From NCBI GenBank assembly GCA_044371965.1, contig JBILSS010000001.1, forward strand, positions 1-49,762: a stretch of DNA of 49,762 bases, given 5' to 3'. The translations under genes were made by a program, and so were the position numbers. Within the stretch, counting starts at the first letter, position 1, and each line of letters opens with the position of its first letter. The notes beneath the pieces were generated by a model. The model saw nothing but the letters and a program-made list of their open reading frames with translations. It was not told the origin of the DNA and did no database searches. This document shows positions 34,853 through 43,216 of this stretch, in pieces. Source of the stretch: Vampirovibrionales bacterium. GTDB lineage: Bacteria > Cyanobacteriota > Vampirovibrionia > Vampirovibrionales > JAJTHC01.

Positions 34853-35953
34853 CTAATTCAAGACTTCAAGGCGGACTTTCGCCACGCCTGAAGACACAGC
34901 ACCAATCGCTTGAGCCGCTGCTTTAGACAAATCAATCACACGATGATGGCTATAAGGCCCACGATCGGTAATACGAACCACACAGCTTTTGCCATTGTGT
35001 TCGTTAATGACTTTTACTTTCGTACCAAATGGCAAGGTCTTATGAGCAGCCGTCATATGATTCATGTTAAATCGTGAACCATCCGCCGCTTTACGACCGT
35101 TAAAGCCTGGCCCGTACCAAGAAGCCACACCTTTGGCGATGAAGCGTCCCGATGCCTTTAAGTCAAACACCGAAGGGGCTGAGGCAGGTTTTTCGCCTAG
35201 TGCCATGCGAAGTTGTTTCATCCACAATTTCGCTAAGCTGTCTAATGGCATGTGAGCCGCAATGGCAGTGGATTCATCCACCACGGTGAGCAGATGCTTG
35301 CCCATCATCAAGTGATAGTCACCTTCTGCTTGACGTTCTAAGTGAACATCCTGAAAATGGAGCGGTAATTTGGAATACGCACTCAAGCGATCCGCCACTT
35401 GCTTAGAACGCAAATAAGGCGTTAAAAAGCCTACTCGCGAACGAAAGCGAAAGACTTCTTGCTCATTAATATAGAAGCCTGCTTCTTCTAGCTGTTTATT
35501 GTAAACCGTCCGCAAGGAATACGGTAGTTCTTTGGCAAACATCGTGTTCAATACGATTTTGTCAGGCACGGCTTGCAAATGCCGAGTTACGGCAAGATTC
35601 AATTGTGCTTGACGGTCTTCACTGCCGTTACCTTCTAAAAGCATCCCTTGCGTCGTATGAACGACAGAGGGGGCTTTCTTCGGGAGCATACCCGTTTTTA
35701 CAGGGACTTCAGCGGACTTACTTGACTTAAATGTGTCACTGGATTCCGTGCCTTCAGCGAAGGCGACATCATCCATTAAAGGCAAGTTTGCCAGCATCTC
35801 TTTGGCTTGAGTCGGTAATAGACTCGGATGTTCGTTGCGAAGCAACGAAGGGGCTTGTTCATGGGCGTCACATAATAGGACGTTCCATTGAGATGCAATC
35901 AATAAAGCCAATACTAAACAAGCCCACGTGTTTTTATTCTTCCAGTCTCTCAT
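34853..35953 (-). CDS. RlpA-like (DPBB domain) lytic transglycosylase family protein with a long N-terminal region
   Basis: 366-aa ORF with a signal/TM segment. C-terminal GVASWYGPGFNGRKAADGSRFNMNHMTAAHKTLPFGTKVKVINEHNGKSCVVRITDRGPY is the RlpA double-psi beta-barrel. Confidence 0.8.
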   Translation of the reverse strand: MRDWKNKNTWACLVLALLIASQWNVLLCDAHEQAPSLLRNEHPSLLPTQAKEMLANLPLMDDVAFAEGTESSDTFKSSKSAEVPVKTGMLPKKAPSVVHTTQGMLLEGNGSEDRQAQLNLAVTRHLQAVPDKIVLNTMFAKELPYSLRTVYNKQLEEAGFYINEQEVFRFRSRVGFLTPYLRSKQVADRLSAYSKLPLHFQDVHLERQAEGDYHLMMGKHLLTVVDESTAIAAHMPLDSLAKLWMKQLRMALGEKPASAPSVFDLKASGRFIAKGVASWYGPGFNGRKAADGSRFNMNHMTAAHKTLPFGTKVKVINEHNGKSCVVRITDRGPYSHHRVIDLSKAAAQAIGAVSSGVAKVRLEVLN

Positions 35954-36236
35954 GAGGGTGGAATCTCCGTACTTGCTAAACTTAAACGCTCCGTGTATAG
36001 CACCGCCGCTACCGTTGAATGACCAAACAGCTCTTTACCGTGGATTCAATTGTGCCTTGTATTATTTCACAAGGGGGTAACCGCAATGGGGAAATGCTCG
36101 GTCATCAGTCAAAACACAAAGGCACTTAAGAAAGCATCCGTGGTTTAGGTCGAAAGTGGGGTTTAGCCACCGTCTTTTCCGCATACAGTTCGCAGCCTAA
36201 GCCGCATCGAAAGGCGATAAATGTTTAGTCTAATAA

Positions 36237-36251
36237 GTGTTAAAAACACAC
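36237..36251. promoter_or_regulatory. 15-nt exact repeat GTGTTAAAAACACAC (palindromic GTGTT-N3-AACAC), copy 1
   Basis: An identical 15-mer recurs at 36345..36359, 108 bp away, in the divergent rlpA-like/pilMN intergenic region. Confidence 0.4.
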
Positions 36252-36344
36252 CAAAGCATTTAAGGCGTTCCGCAATGTAATGTTAGCACAGTCTTAGTGA
36301 AAGGCAAGTGTTTTTTGTAAAGCTTCCACTAGATGGTGGGGTTG

Positions 36345-36359
36345 GTGTTAAAAACACAC
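36345..36359. promoter_or_regulatory. 15-nt exact repeat GTGTTAAAAACACAC, copy 2
   Basis: See 36237..36251. Confidence 0.4.
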
Positions 36360-36387
36360 GATGAGAATACTATGTGAAAGAGAAAAT

Positions 36388-36456
36388 CGTCATCCTGAAC
36401 GTATGTGAAGGATCTCCCAAAACAGTGGGGGATGTTTCGCTACGCTCAACATGACG
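36388..36456. repeat. Long-hairpin intergenic repeat, GTCATCCTGA type (family copy 2)
   Basis: CGTCATCCTGAACGTATGTGAAGGATCTCCC...GGGGATGTTTCGCTACGCTCAACATGACG. Confidence 0.7.
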
Positions 36457-36615
36457 TATTCCTTTTTTAGGCTTTTACAAAACTTTCCTTCATGTAAGTG
36501 ATTTTTACGTCCCGTATTAAGGTATTGTTGGCAGTGTAGCGTATAGTAAATAGAGAGAAATATATAAAGAATGTAATATCCTTACATTTTTGAGAAAGAG
36601 GAATAATCGCCCCCT

Positions 36616-38232
36616 ATGATGATTTTAGCTGCTCCCCAAAACGGTGTTGTATCTCTCGCCTTTTCATCCGACTTCTTAAGGCTTGAATTGGTATGGATCA
36701 ACACACAATCTGGTCAAATTATCAATGCAGGGTATATTCCAATTAGTAGTGTGGACTTAACCACTCGAACCATCCTTGTTCCTGACGACTTCATGGAAAG
36801 TGTTCAATCTTTATTCCAAGAATTGAACATTCCTCCCAACTTACCTGTCACCTTAATGTTGCCTAGCTTTTATACGCGTATGTTGGGCTTGCCACCAGGT
36901 ATCAATGAAAAAGATTTACATAACATTTTGGTGAGTGAAGCAGAGCGTTCCGTTTTATTTAAGCGTGAAGCCCCGACCCTAGATTGGTTATTTTTAAATA
37001 TGGAAGACGCCGAAAATGAATACTGTATTTACACGGCGTACCCTCTTTCGGCATTGACTGAAATTTTAAGCATTTTAAACCAACTCAAAATAAACTTGTG
37101 TTCTATTGAAAGTAATGTGACAGCGGTTTTAAAAGGCTTGATCAGTACAGGCACCTTGGCGAATGACGGTCAAAAACGATTGCTTTCTATTTTAAATGAA
37201 AGTAATTCCACCACCTTGGTGCTAGAAGGGGTGAACATTACCAGTTTAATTGAAGCCCCTGTGTCGTCTCAAAACATTGATGCGTCTGACATTGTGAGTG
37301 ATTTACAGCAGGATACTGGCGGTTTGAGCGATCTACTTCATGATTGTAAAGAAGTAATTGTGGTACATAATAATTCTAAAGTGCCTGCAGACTTGTTAGC
37401 CACCGCCTTTGAACAGTTTGATGAGGTAGTGTTGGTCGAACAGAATGCTGATACCATTGCATCCTTAGGGGCTAAAAAACCTTTATATCCTTGTACGGTT
37501 GAAGCCCTAGGGGCGGCGATGTTTAAGGAACTCGCTTCCTTTGGAAGCTTGAACTTACTTCCAAAGGAACGTCAAATTGAAGTCATGGTGGCAGATTACC
37601 GAGTCAAGATATTACCTTTTGCGATTGCGGCGAATGTGGTCGTCTTGGCGTTGGTTGTTTTGGCATATGGTGTACTTTCTGCGATAAACCTTGGTAAAAG
37701 TATGAGTTTAGATGAAGTAAATAAGAAAATCGCCAATCATAAAGCACCTGATGTTTCGCCTGAAACGTATGCCAAAGAACTTTGGTTGAAACGTTACAGT
37801 GATTTTAACGTCAATATCGTCAAATGGTTGACGGCTGTACAGAAGGATTTGCCTAGCACCTTGTGGATCAATTCAGTTTCTTTACAATGTGTGAACGGTA
37901 AAAGCTTTTTACGTTTAGAAGGCGGAAGCCAAAACGGACAAGAAATCGCAGGCTATTTTCAAAAAATACAACCCACCTTTTTAGCCGACAAATTAAACTA
38001 TTCCAACGTAGAACCCACATCTTTAAGCGTAACGCCTTCCTTAATCCCCTTTAAGCCTGTGACGACCCCTCCCCCTGCAGGTGGATCGTCTGGTGGTTTA
38101 GACAAGGCTACTAGTGCGGATGTTTACTATAAATGGCAGGCTCAAGCAGGCACAGATCCGAGTGCGGTTCCAGTAGCACCAGCCGCCGCTCCGCCTCCCC
38201 CTCCTGCGAGTCCTGCTCCAGCAAGTCATTAA
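36616..38232 (+). CDS. Type IV pilus assembly PilM-PilN-like fusion protein with a Pro-rich C-terminal tail (tentative)
   Basis: 538-aa ORF. The N-terminal ~310 aa resemble the PilM actin-like domain only weakly. Then come the PilN hallmark LNLLPKERQ and a TM helix (ILPFAIAANVVVLALVVLAYGV). The tail is ...VAPAAAPPPPPASPAPASH. Confidence 0.5.
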   Translation: MMILAAPQNGVVSLAFSSDFLRLELVWINTQSGQIINAGYIPISSVDLTTRTILVPDDFMESVQSLFQELNIPPNLPVTLMLPSFYTRMLGLPPGINEKDLHNILVSEAERSVLFKREAPTLDWLFLNMEDAENEYCIYTAYPLSALTEILSILNQLKINLCSIESNVTAVLKGLISTGTLANDGQKRLLSILNESNSTTLVLEGVNITSLIEAPVSSQNIDASDIVSDLQQDTGGLSDLLHDCKEVIVVHNNSKVPADLLATAFEQFDEVVLVEQNADTIASLGAKKPLYPCTVEALGAAMFKELASFGSLNLLPKERQIEVMVADYRVKILPFAIAANVVVLALVVLAYGVLSAINLGKSMSLDEVNKKIANHKAPDVSPETYAKELWLKRYSDFNVNIVKWLTAVQKDLPSTLWINSVSLQCVNGKSFLRLEGGSQNGQEIAGYFQKIQPTFLADKLNYSNVEPTSLSVTPSLIPFKPVTTPPPAGGSSGGLDKATSADVYYKWQAQAGTDPSAVPVAPAAAPPPPPASPAPASH

Positions 38233-38260
38233 CATATTGAGTCTAATAAAGGTTTAAATC

Positions 38261-39244
38261 ATGCGAAAAACAACTGGTGCCGTCTTTGGTCCTAATCACC
38301 CCGCTTTTGCGAAAGTGCTTCAAACACCCGAATTTTTACTAGGAGTTGCAGGTATTTTGGTGATTTTAGTGCTTGCCTTTAATGTCTTATTTACGTCCGT
38401 ACTGGCTTCTGCAACGCAAATTGAAAAAGACATTGAAACCAAGCAACAAGAACTCAAAGACAAAGAAGCCCTTAATGTTTTATTGGTGCAACTTAAAGAT
38501 GAAGCCGATCCAAATACGACGGATCTACTCAGTATTTCACCTGGTGAAATTGCTTCCGTCAAGATGTTTAACTTCTTGAAAGAATTAGAAGGGCTAAGTG
38601 CAGATCCCCTTAATCTACCTGAACCGCATCATCAAGTCTCGATTTTTCATGTGGAACAAGTGTTGGGTACTACGCCAACGGCGGCGACAGGAATGCCCGC
38701 GGCTCCGCCTGCTCAAGCAGGGGCGATGAAAAACATCTTTAGTGCAGAAGTCACGCCCTTTCCTGCCCCAGAACTTGAGCAATTGAAATTGAATGTGTCT
38801 GCAGAACAATACACCTATAAAATTGATGTACGTGGTTCTTATTTAGGACTCGTTAATTTTGTGAGAAAACTAGCGATTCATTCGCCTTTGGTCGGGATTA
38901 AGGGCTTGGAGTTTAAAGTCGATGCCGAAGCTCCCAGTGTTCTATTATTTAGAAACGTGCCTGCTCCAGCCCTTTCAGGAGCTTCCACCTCCAAACCGTC
39001 GATTTCAACCGCAGCGAGTGTGGTTGCTTCAGGCGCATCCCCAGGAGAAACGCCCGAAGTCACCACGCCTGTTCCTTTAAATCCCTCCAAGAAAGCCAAT
39101 ACCCCTTTGGTCTTAACTTTAACCGTGGATATTTTCTTAAGTAGTGGCAATGCAACAACTGCAAACACAGGCATGCCTTCTTCTGCTACAATAGCACCAG
39201 ATGCCAGTATGGGGACACCTCCTCCTATAGCTTCCGCTATATAG
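38261..39244 (+). CDS. PilO-like membrane protein with a Pro/Ala/Ser/Thr-rich C-terminal half (tentative)
   Basis: 327-aa ORF. N-terminal TM (LLGVAGILVILVLAFNVLF) followed by coiled coil QIEKDIETKQQELKDKEAL. The stop codon TAG (39242-44) is the first three bases of the MITE. Confidence 0.45.
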   Translation: MRKTTGAVFGPNHPAFAKVLQTPEFLLGVAGILVILVLAFNVLFTSVLASATQIEKDIETKQQELKDKEALNVLLVQLKDEADPNTTDLLSISPGEIASVKMFNFLKELEGLSADPLNLPEPHHQVSIFHVEQVLGTTPTAATGMPAAPPAQAGAMKNIFSAEVTPFPAPELEQLKLNVSAEQYTYKIDVRGSYLGLVNFVRKLAIHSPLVGIKGLEFKVDAEAPSVLLFRNVPAPALSGASTSKPSISTAASVVASGASPGETPEVTTPVPLNPSKKANTPLVLTLTVDIFLSSGNATTANTGMPSSATIAPDASMGTPPPIASAI

Positions 39245-39387
39245 TGTTTTAAATAATTTCCCCTACAGTGTCTATACTTTGTCGCTACGATTATTTTGTT
39301 CAGTCATGTAAGTCTATCTACACTTCTTCACAAAATAATCTAGGCTCCTCGTCTAGCCTACTGTACGGAAAACTCTTTAAAACACTA
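39242..39387. mobile_element. 146-bp MITE (copy 2) with a TA target-site duplication
   Basis: TA(39240-41)|TAGTGTTTTAAATAATTTCCCCTACAG...CTGTACGGAAAACTCTTTAAAACACTA|TA(39388-89). Same length and core as copy 1. The sub-terminal ~25 nt differ from copy 1 on both sides but remain mutually complementary. Confidence 0.85.
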
Positions 39388-39389
39388 TA

Positions 39390-39422
39390 TAAAACGGTCT
39401 ATGGTTGATTATTAAAATACTA
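39390..39422. mobile_element. Partial or deleted MITE derivative adjacent to copy 2
   Basis: ATAAAACGGTCTATGGT (39389-39405) is identical to 17 nt of copy 1 (34077-34093). The fragment ends ...AAAATACTA|TA, like a right TIR. Confidence 0.45.
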
Positions 39423-39460
39423 TACGATCTAAAATTAAGGCATCTAGTTAGGAAAGCGAC

Positions 39461-40378
39461 TTGAAGGTTTGTGTGGTCGGAAAAGGTCGAATGCTTCATG
39501 CGTTAATGAAGCCCTTGCTCGTGGCTCATCACGCCGAACGCCTCCAAATCGTGGGGATGCTCACCGACGTGCATGAACACGCCATGCCTCAGTGGCATGA
39601 CGCTGGGATTTCCTTCATTCAATGCCCCCAAGGCATTCAAGACCCTGCTGTTTTGGATCATCTTCAAAACGTCCTTCAGCCCGATGTACTGCTTTTGGCG
39701 TCTTGGGGAGAGATTTTGACACCGCACACGCTGGACGCTTTGGCTCCGATTAAGGTGTGGAACGTGCATCCATCTTTATTGCCTGCTCATCGAGGGGTGA
39801 ATCCTTATATCGCCTGTATTTTAGCAGGGGAATCACAAAGCGGACTCACCTTGCATCATGTGGTGGCAGGCATTGATGAAGGTAAGATCTTGGCACAACA
39901 CGTTGTGCCAATTGATGAGGGAATGTCAGGGCTAGACTTACAGGCTCGCACCTTAGAAGCGATTCCCTCACTTTTTGAAGACGTCATCACCCAAGTGAAC
40001 GCTGTCGGATTAGAAGCGTTTTACCAAACGGCGAGCGAGCAATCCGTTTGGGGAGCGTCGCATCACCGCTTGGCACAGATTACGCAAGTGGTGTTGAATC
40101 CCCATTCTCCGCTTGACGTTCTACAACGCCAAGCCCACGCCGTGCGTGGCTGGATGCCTTGCCTGCTCCCTTTAGGGAAGGGCTTTCATTTAGAAGTAGA
40201 AGCGTTTCATCCGACAGAAGAGACAGAGTCATCCATGTTCAAATGGACGCATCCTGCATCAGGAAAACGCTATTTTGTTACAGTAACAGGCATTTATTAC
40301 AAGGGCTTAAAATGCTTCTGCAAAAGGGGATTTATTCCTTTATTTGCAAAGGTTTATAGGTTTTTTAACGCCTTCTAA
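39461..40378 (+). CDS. Formyltransferase-family protein (Fmt/PurN-like)
   Basis: 305-aa ORF (TTG start). WNVHPSLLPAHRGVNPYIACILAGESQSGLTLHHVVAGIDEGKILAQ is the formyl-transferase catalytic core. Confidence 0.7.
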   Translation: MKVCVVGKGRMLHALMKPLLVAHHAERLQIVGMLTDVHEHAMPQWHDAGISFIQCPQGIQDPAVLDHLQNVLQPDVLLLASWGEILTPHTLDALAPIKVWNVHPSLLPAHRGVNPYIACILAGESQSGLTLHHVVAGIDEGKILAQHVVPIDEGMSGLDLQARTLEAIPSLFEDVITQVNAVGLEAFYQTASEQSVWGASHHRLAQITQVVLNPHSPLDVLQRQAHAVRGWMPCLLPLGKGFHLEVEAFHPTEETESSMFKWTHPASGKRYFVTVTGIYYKGLKCFCKRGFIPLFAKVYRFFNAF

Positions 40379-40525
40379 CTTGGGTTCAAATGTAACAATT
40401 TAAGCATCCAATAGGTTAATCAACATATAAATGACTCATATTTTGAGTGAAGCTGATACAATAAGTTCATATCAAATAAATGATTTATTTTTTGATTTGA
40501 CCCTATATCATTACCCTATTCACTC

Positions 40526-40555
40526 AGGATGATTTTAATATCATCCTTTTTTTTG
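40526..40555 (+). terminator. Strong rho-independent terminator
   Basis: AGGATGAT-TTTAAT-ATCATCCT followed by TTTTTTTT. It lies ~150 nt after the formyltransferase stop and upstream of the nucleotidase promoter. Confidence 0.75.
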
Positions 40556-40566
40556 TCTTTTTTCTG

Positions 40567-40575
40567 TGGTATAAG
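40567..40575 (+). promoter_or_regulatory. Candidate extended -10 promoter (TGg TATAAG) for the 5'-nucleotidase gene
   Basis: ctgTGgTATAAGtga about 45 nt upstream of ATG 40619. Same nonamer as at 10854-10862 (minus strand). Confidence 0.4.
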
Positions 40576-40583
40576 TGAAATTA

Positions 40584-40606
40584 TAGTGTTCGCTAGATGA
40601 TAAAGG
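40584..40606. mobile_element. Solo MITE-type terminal inverted repeat
   Basis: ta|TAGTGTTCGCTAGATGATAAAGG versus the copy-1 right TIR (reverse complement) TAGTGTTCGATAGATGAAACAGG. I count 20 of 23 positions identical. Confidence 0.5.
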
Positions 40607-40618
40607 ACAAACCCACTC

Positions 40619-42241
40619 ATGCTTAAAAACATTTTATTGACGTTGACGCTTAGCCTCCTATTCGTAATGAATAGCCTTTCATCCGCCTTTGCCGTGGAAA
40701 ATACGCCCAAGTTTCATTGCCCCGCCCCCCAAACTTGCGTGAACTTTGTCGCCATTAACGATGTCTATGAATGGAAGCCCTACCCCACAGAAAAAACAGG
40801 CTCCTTAAGTCGATTGTCCACCTATTTGACTCGCTTGCACGAACGCTTCCCCAAAACCGATGTGCTGTTCGCTGGCGATTTATTGTCTCCTTCTAGTGAC
40901 AGCCAACTCACCAAGGGCTTGCACATGGTGCAAGGCTTGAACGCCCTTGGTATCAAAGTGGCGACTTTAGGTAATCACGAGTTTGATTTTGGTGAACAAG
41001 GCTTAGCCAATGCCTTAAAGGTGTCTCAATTTCCTTGGTTGGCGGCGAATGTGCAGATTCTGCCGAATGCGACGCTTTCACCAAGCCAAATCAAGCCGTA
41101 CACCATCCTTGAACAAGCAGGCAAGCGGATCCTCATCTTTGGTTTGTTGACGACTGAAACGACTCAACTCAATAACGTTGCGGGCTATGTCACGATTAAA
41201 GATCCCATCGAAACCGCAAAGACCCTTTTGCCGCAATGGATAAAAACCGAAAAACCTGATGCCGTGATCGCCTTAACGCACCTCAATATCGCTGAAGACA
41301 GACGTTTGGCTCAAAGCGTGCCGAATATTGATGTCATCCTCGGTGGGCATGATCATCACCAGCTTTTGCAGGTGATTAACGGCGTGCCGATTATCAAACT
41401 CGACAGCGATGCTCGAACCGTGGGGCATTTGCAACTGAACTTTCAACCCATGAGTGCTTTGTACAAACGCTCCAAAATAAAGCTCAGCCCCATTGCGGAA
41501 TGGCATTATGAAGTCACCGCCTTAACCCCTGCCGACTTCCCTGAAGACAAGGCGTTTAAAGCGAAAATCCTCGAAAAAACGCCCGCTCGTTTAGCGAGTT
41601 TGGATGAGCTTGTGGGAATGCTCCCTGTTACATGGAACGTCAACCAAGACACTATTCGAGGCGTGTACAGTCCTACGGCTCAACAAATTGCGGAAATCCT
41701 GCGTCGCTACCTTAAAACGGATGTCGTGATCCTCAATAGCGGCGGCATTCGAGGCAACCGCATCATTTCCCCCAGCGTATTAACGCAACGAGACATCTTG
41801 CAGATATTGCCCTTTGACAATGCCATGGTAACACTGACCTTAAGCAAAGCTCAATTACAAGCCGTGCTTGAAAAAGGCTATAGCCAAGTCGACACCGAAC
41901 CCAATTGGGGAGGCTACCTACATTTTTCAGGCATCGTTGCGGTGGTGAATCCCAAGGCACCCGTGGGCAAGCGAGTTCAAGCGGTCTTGGATGCTCGTAC
42001 AGGGCTTCCGCTTGATGCGTCTAAAACGTTTCGGGTGAGTGTGAATACCTATTTAGCCGAAGGCGGTAATGGTTTTGAGATCTTGAAGCAATGCCGAGAC
42101 GCTCAAGTCCCTGCTCCTGTCGCCCTGACTGAAACCCAAGCGGTGAGCTTAGGCAAGGCATTGAAGGGTTTAACGCCCCAAGCCTTGCATGACGCCACGC
42201 ATCAAGCTCCTTCTGTGCAGGTGCTGATTCAAGCTTTGTAA
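40619..42241 (+). CDS. Secreted bifunctional metallophosphatase / 5'-nucleotidase (UshA-like)
   Basis: Signal peptide MLKNILLTLTLSLLFVMNSLSSAFA. GDLLSP...GNHEFDFG...GGHDHH metallophosphoesterase motifs. C-terminal 5'-nucleotidase domain. Confidence 0.85.
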   Translation: MLKNILLTLTLSLLFVMNSLSSAFAVENTPKFHCPAPQTCVNFVAINDVYEWKPYPTEKTGSLSRLSTYLTRLHERFPKTDVLFAGDLLSPSSDSQLTKGLHMVQGLNALGIKVATLGNHEFDFGEQGLANALKVSQFPWLAANVQILPNATLSPSQIKPYTILEQAGKRILIFGLLTTETTQLNNVAGYVTIKDPIETAKTLLPQWIKTEKPDAVIALTHLNIAEDRRLAQSVPNIDVILGGHDHHQLLQVINGVPIIKLDSDARTVGHLQLNFQPMSALYKRSKIKLSPIAEWHYEVTALTPADFPEDKAFKAKILEKTPARLASLDELVGMLPVTWNVNQDTIRGVYSPTAQQIAEILRRYLKTDVVILNSGGIRGNRIISPSVLTQRDILQILPFDNAMVTLTLSKAQLQAVLEKGYSQVDTEPNWGGYLHFSGIVAVVNPKAPVGKRVQAVLDARTGLPLDASKTFRVSVNTYLAEGGNGFEILKQCRDAQVPAPVALTETQAVSLGKALKGLTPQALHDATHQAPSVQVLIQAL

Positions 42242-42250
42242 AGCTTGAAT

Positions 42251-42331
42251 CGTCATCCTGAGTAAAACGAAGGATCTCCCTAGCTCTTGCGGTTTCAATC
42301 TTGGGAGATGTTTCGCCATGCTCAACATGAC
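42251..42331. repeat. Long-hairpin intergenic repeat, GTCATCCTGAG type (family copy 3)
   Basis: CGTCATCCTGAGTAAAACGAAGGATCTCCC...GGGAGATGTTTCGCCATGCTCAACATGAC. It starts 10 nt after the nucleotidase stop. Confidence 0.7.
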
Positions 42332-42369
42332 AGCAAACAGCTAAAAATGGAGCAAAAAATCTAAAAAAC

Positions 42370-42951
42370 CTAGTAGTTTTTAGGCGGAATCACGAGTTCT
42401 TGATCCAACTTCAAGGCATCGCCCTTCAAATTATTCGCTTTTTTCAAACGAGCCACATAATCAGGCGAATAGGATCCATAAAACTTGTGAGCAATCCCAC
42501 CTAAGGTATCGCCACTTTTTACGCTGTACATCGTCGCTTTCACCGCTTTATCCGCCGTGGGTTCTGCGGTGGGTTCCGCATTGACGTTAGGAGAGGTATT
42601 TTCTACCTTTTGAGGAGCCGTAACAGTTTTAGGGGCATCTTTAACCGTTTCTTGAACGACAGCTTGACTAACGGCATCCATCGCAGGGGTTTGGGGGCGT
42701 GAATTAAAGACCCAAAAGAACAAGGTCGTCAAAATTAAACCCGTGAGCAATCCTGCCACAAAGGTCAATAAAGGATGATGCTCTTCTTTAATATCGGCAA
42801 GCACTTGCGTGTCCGTCGTTTGAGACCAAAGTACATCGAGTTCTTTTTGAGCGGAAGCAGGGGTACTGCTTTCATTACGCAAGTAAACACCTAAGTTTTC
42901 AGAAGATGTGATATTTTCACTTACAGGGGTTCCGACAGAAGGAGTCGCCAT
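42370..42951 (-). CDS. LysM peptidoglycan-binding domain membrane protein
   Basis: 193-aa ORF. Central TM LLTFVAGLLTGLILTTLFFWVF. C-terminal LysM YSVKSGDTLGGIAHKFYG...LKLDQELVIP. Confidence 0.8.
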   Translation of the reverse strand: MATPSVGTPVSENITSSENLGVYLRNESSTPASAQKELDVLWSQTTDTQVLADIKEEHHPLLTFVAGLLTGLILTTLFFWVFNSRPQTPAMDAVSQAVVQETVKDAPKTVTAPQKVENTSPNVNAEPTAEPTADKAVKATMYSVKSGDTLGGIAHKFYGSYSPDYVARLKKANNLKGDALKLDQELVIPPKNY

Positions 42952-43216
42952 AATGGGTTTCCTTTTTTAATTGAATCCATTTACAAGCAAAACGCAAATG
43001 GGTTGGGAGGGGTAAACTTAAGTAACCGAAGGTCACCATAACGAAAAGAGGGATTCTACAAGGACGCACATCAACGGTTTTTTGAGGTGTGACGGCGAAG
43101 AACCTTATAGAAAGGGTTTCTTTTACAAATACAATCCTCATTATACGGCAAACATGCAGGACGTGACAAAAATGTGAAGCTATCGTAACAGAAAAGGCGT
43201 TTCTCGACCTTTTTTG

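Noticed and set aside
35954-36250. c-di-AMP (ydaO-type) riboswitch upstream of the RlpA-like gene.
   Set aside because: Only scattered partial words (GAAUCC..GGUA, CGGUAGCGG) are present. The ordered conserved blocks I recall (GGGGACCCA, GGGGUGAAUC, CCGAAUCC..CAGCUAACC) are absent on either strand. A covariance-model scan is needed to be sure.
40431-40532. 33-codon plus-strand ORF MTHILSEADTISSYQINDLFFDLTLYHYPIHSG.
   Set aside because: No SD, AT-rich low-information sequence, and it ends inside a terminator stem. I treat the region as a possible sRNA instead.
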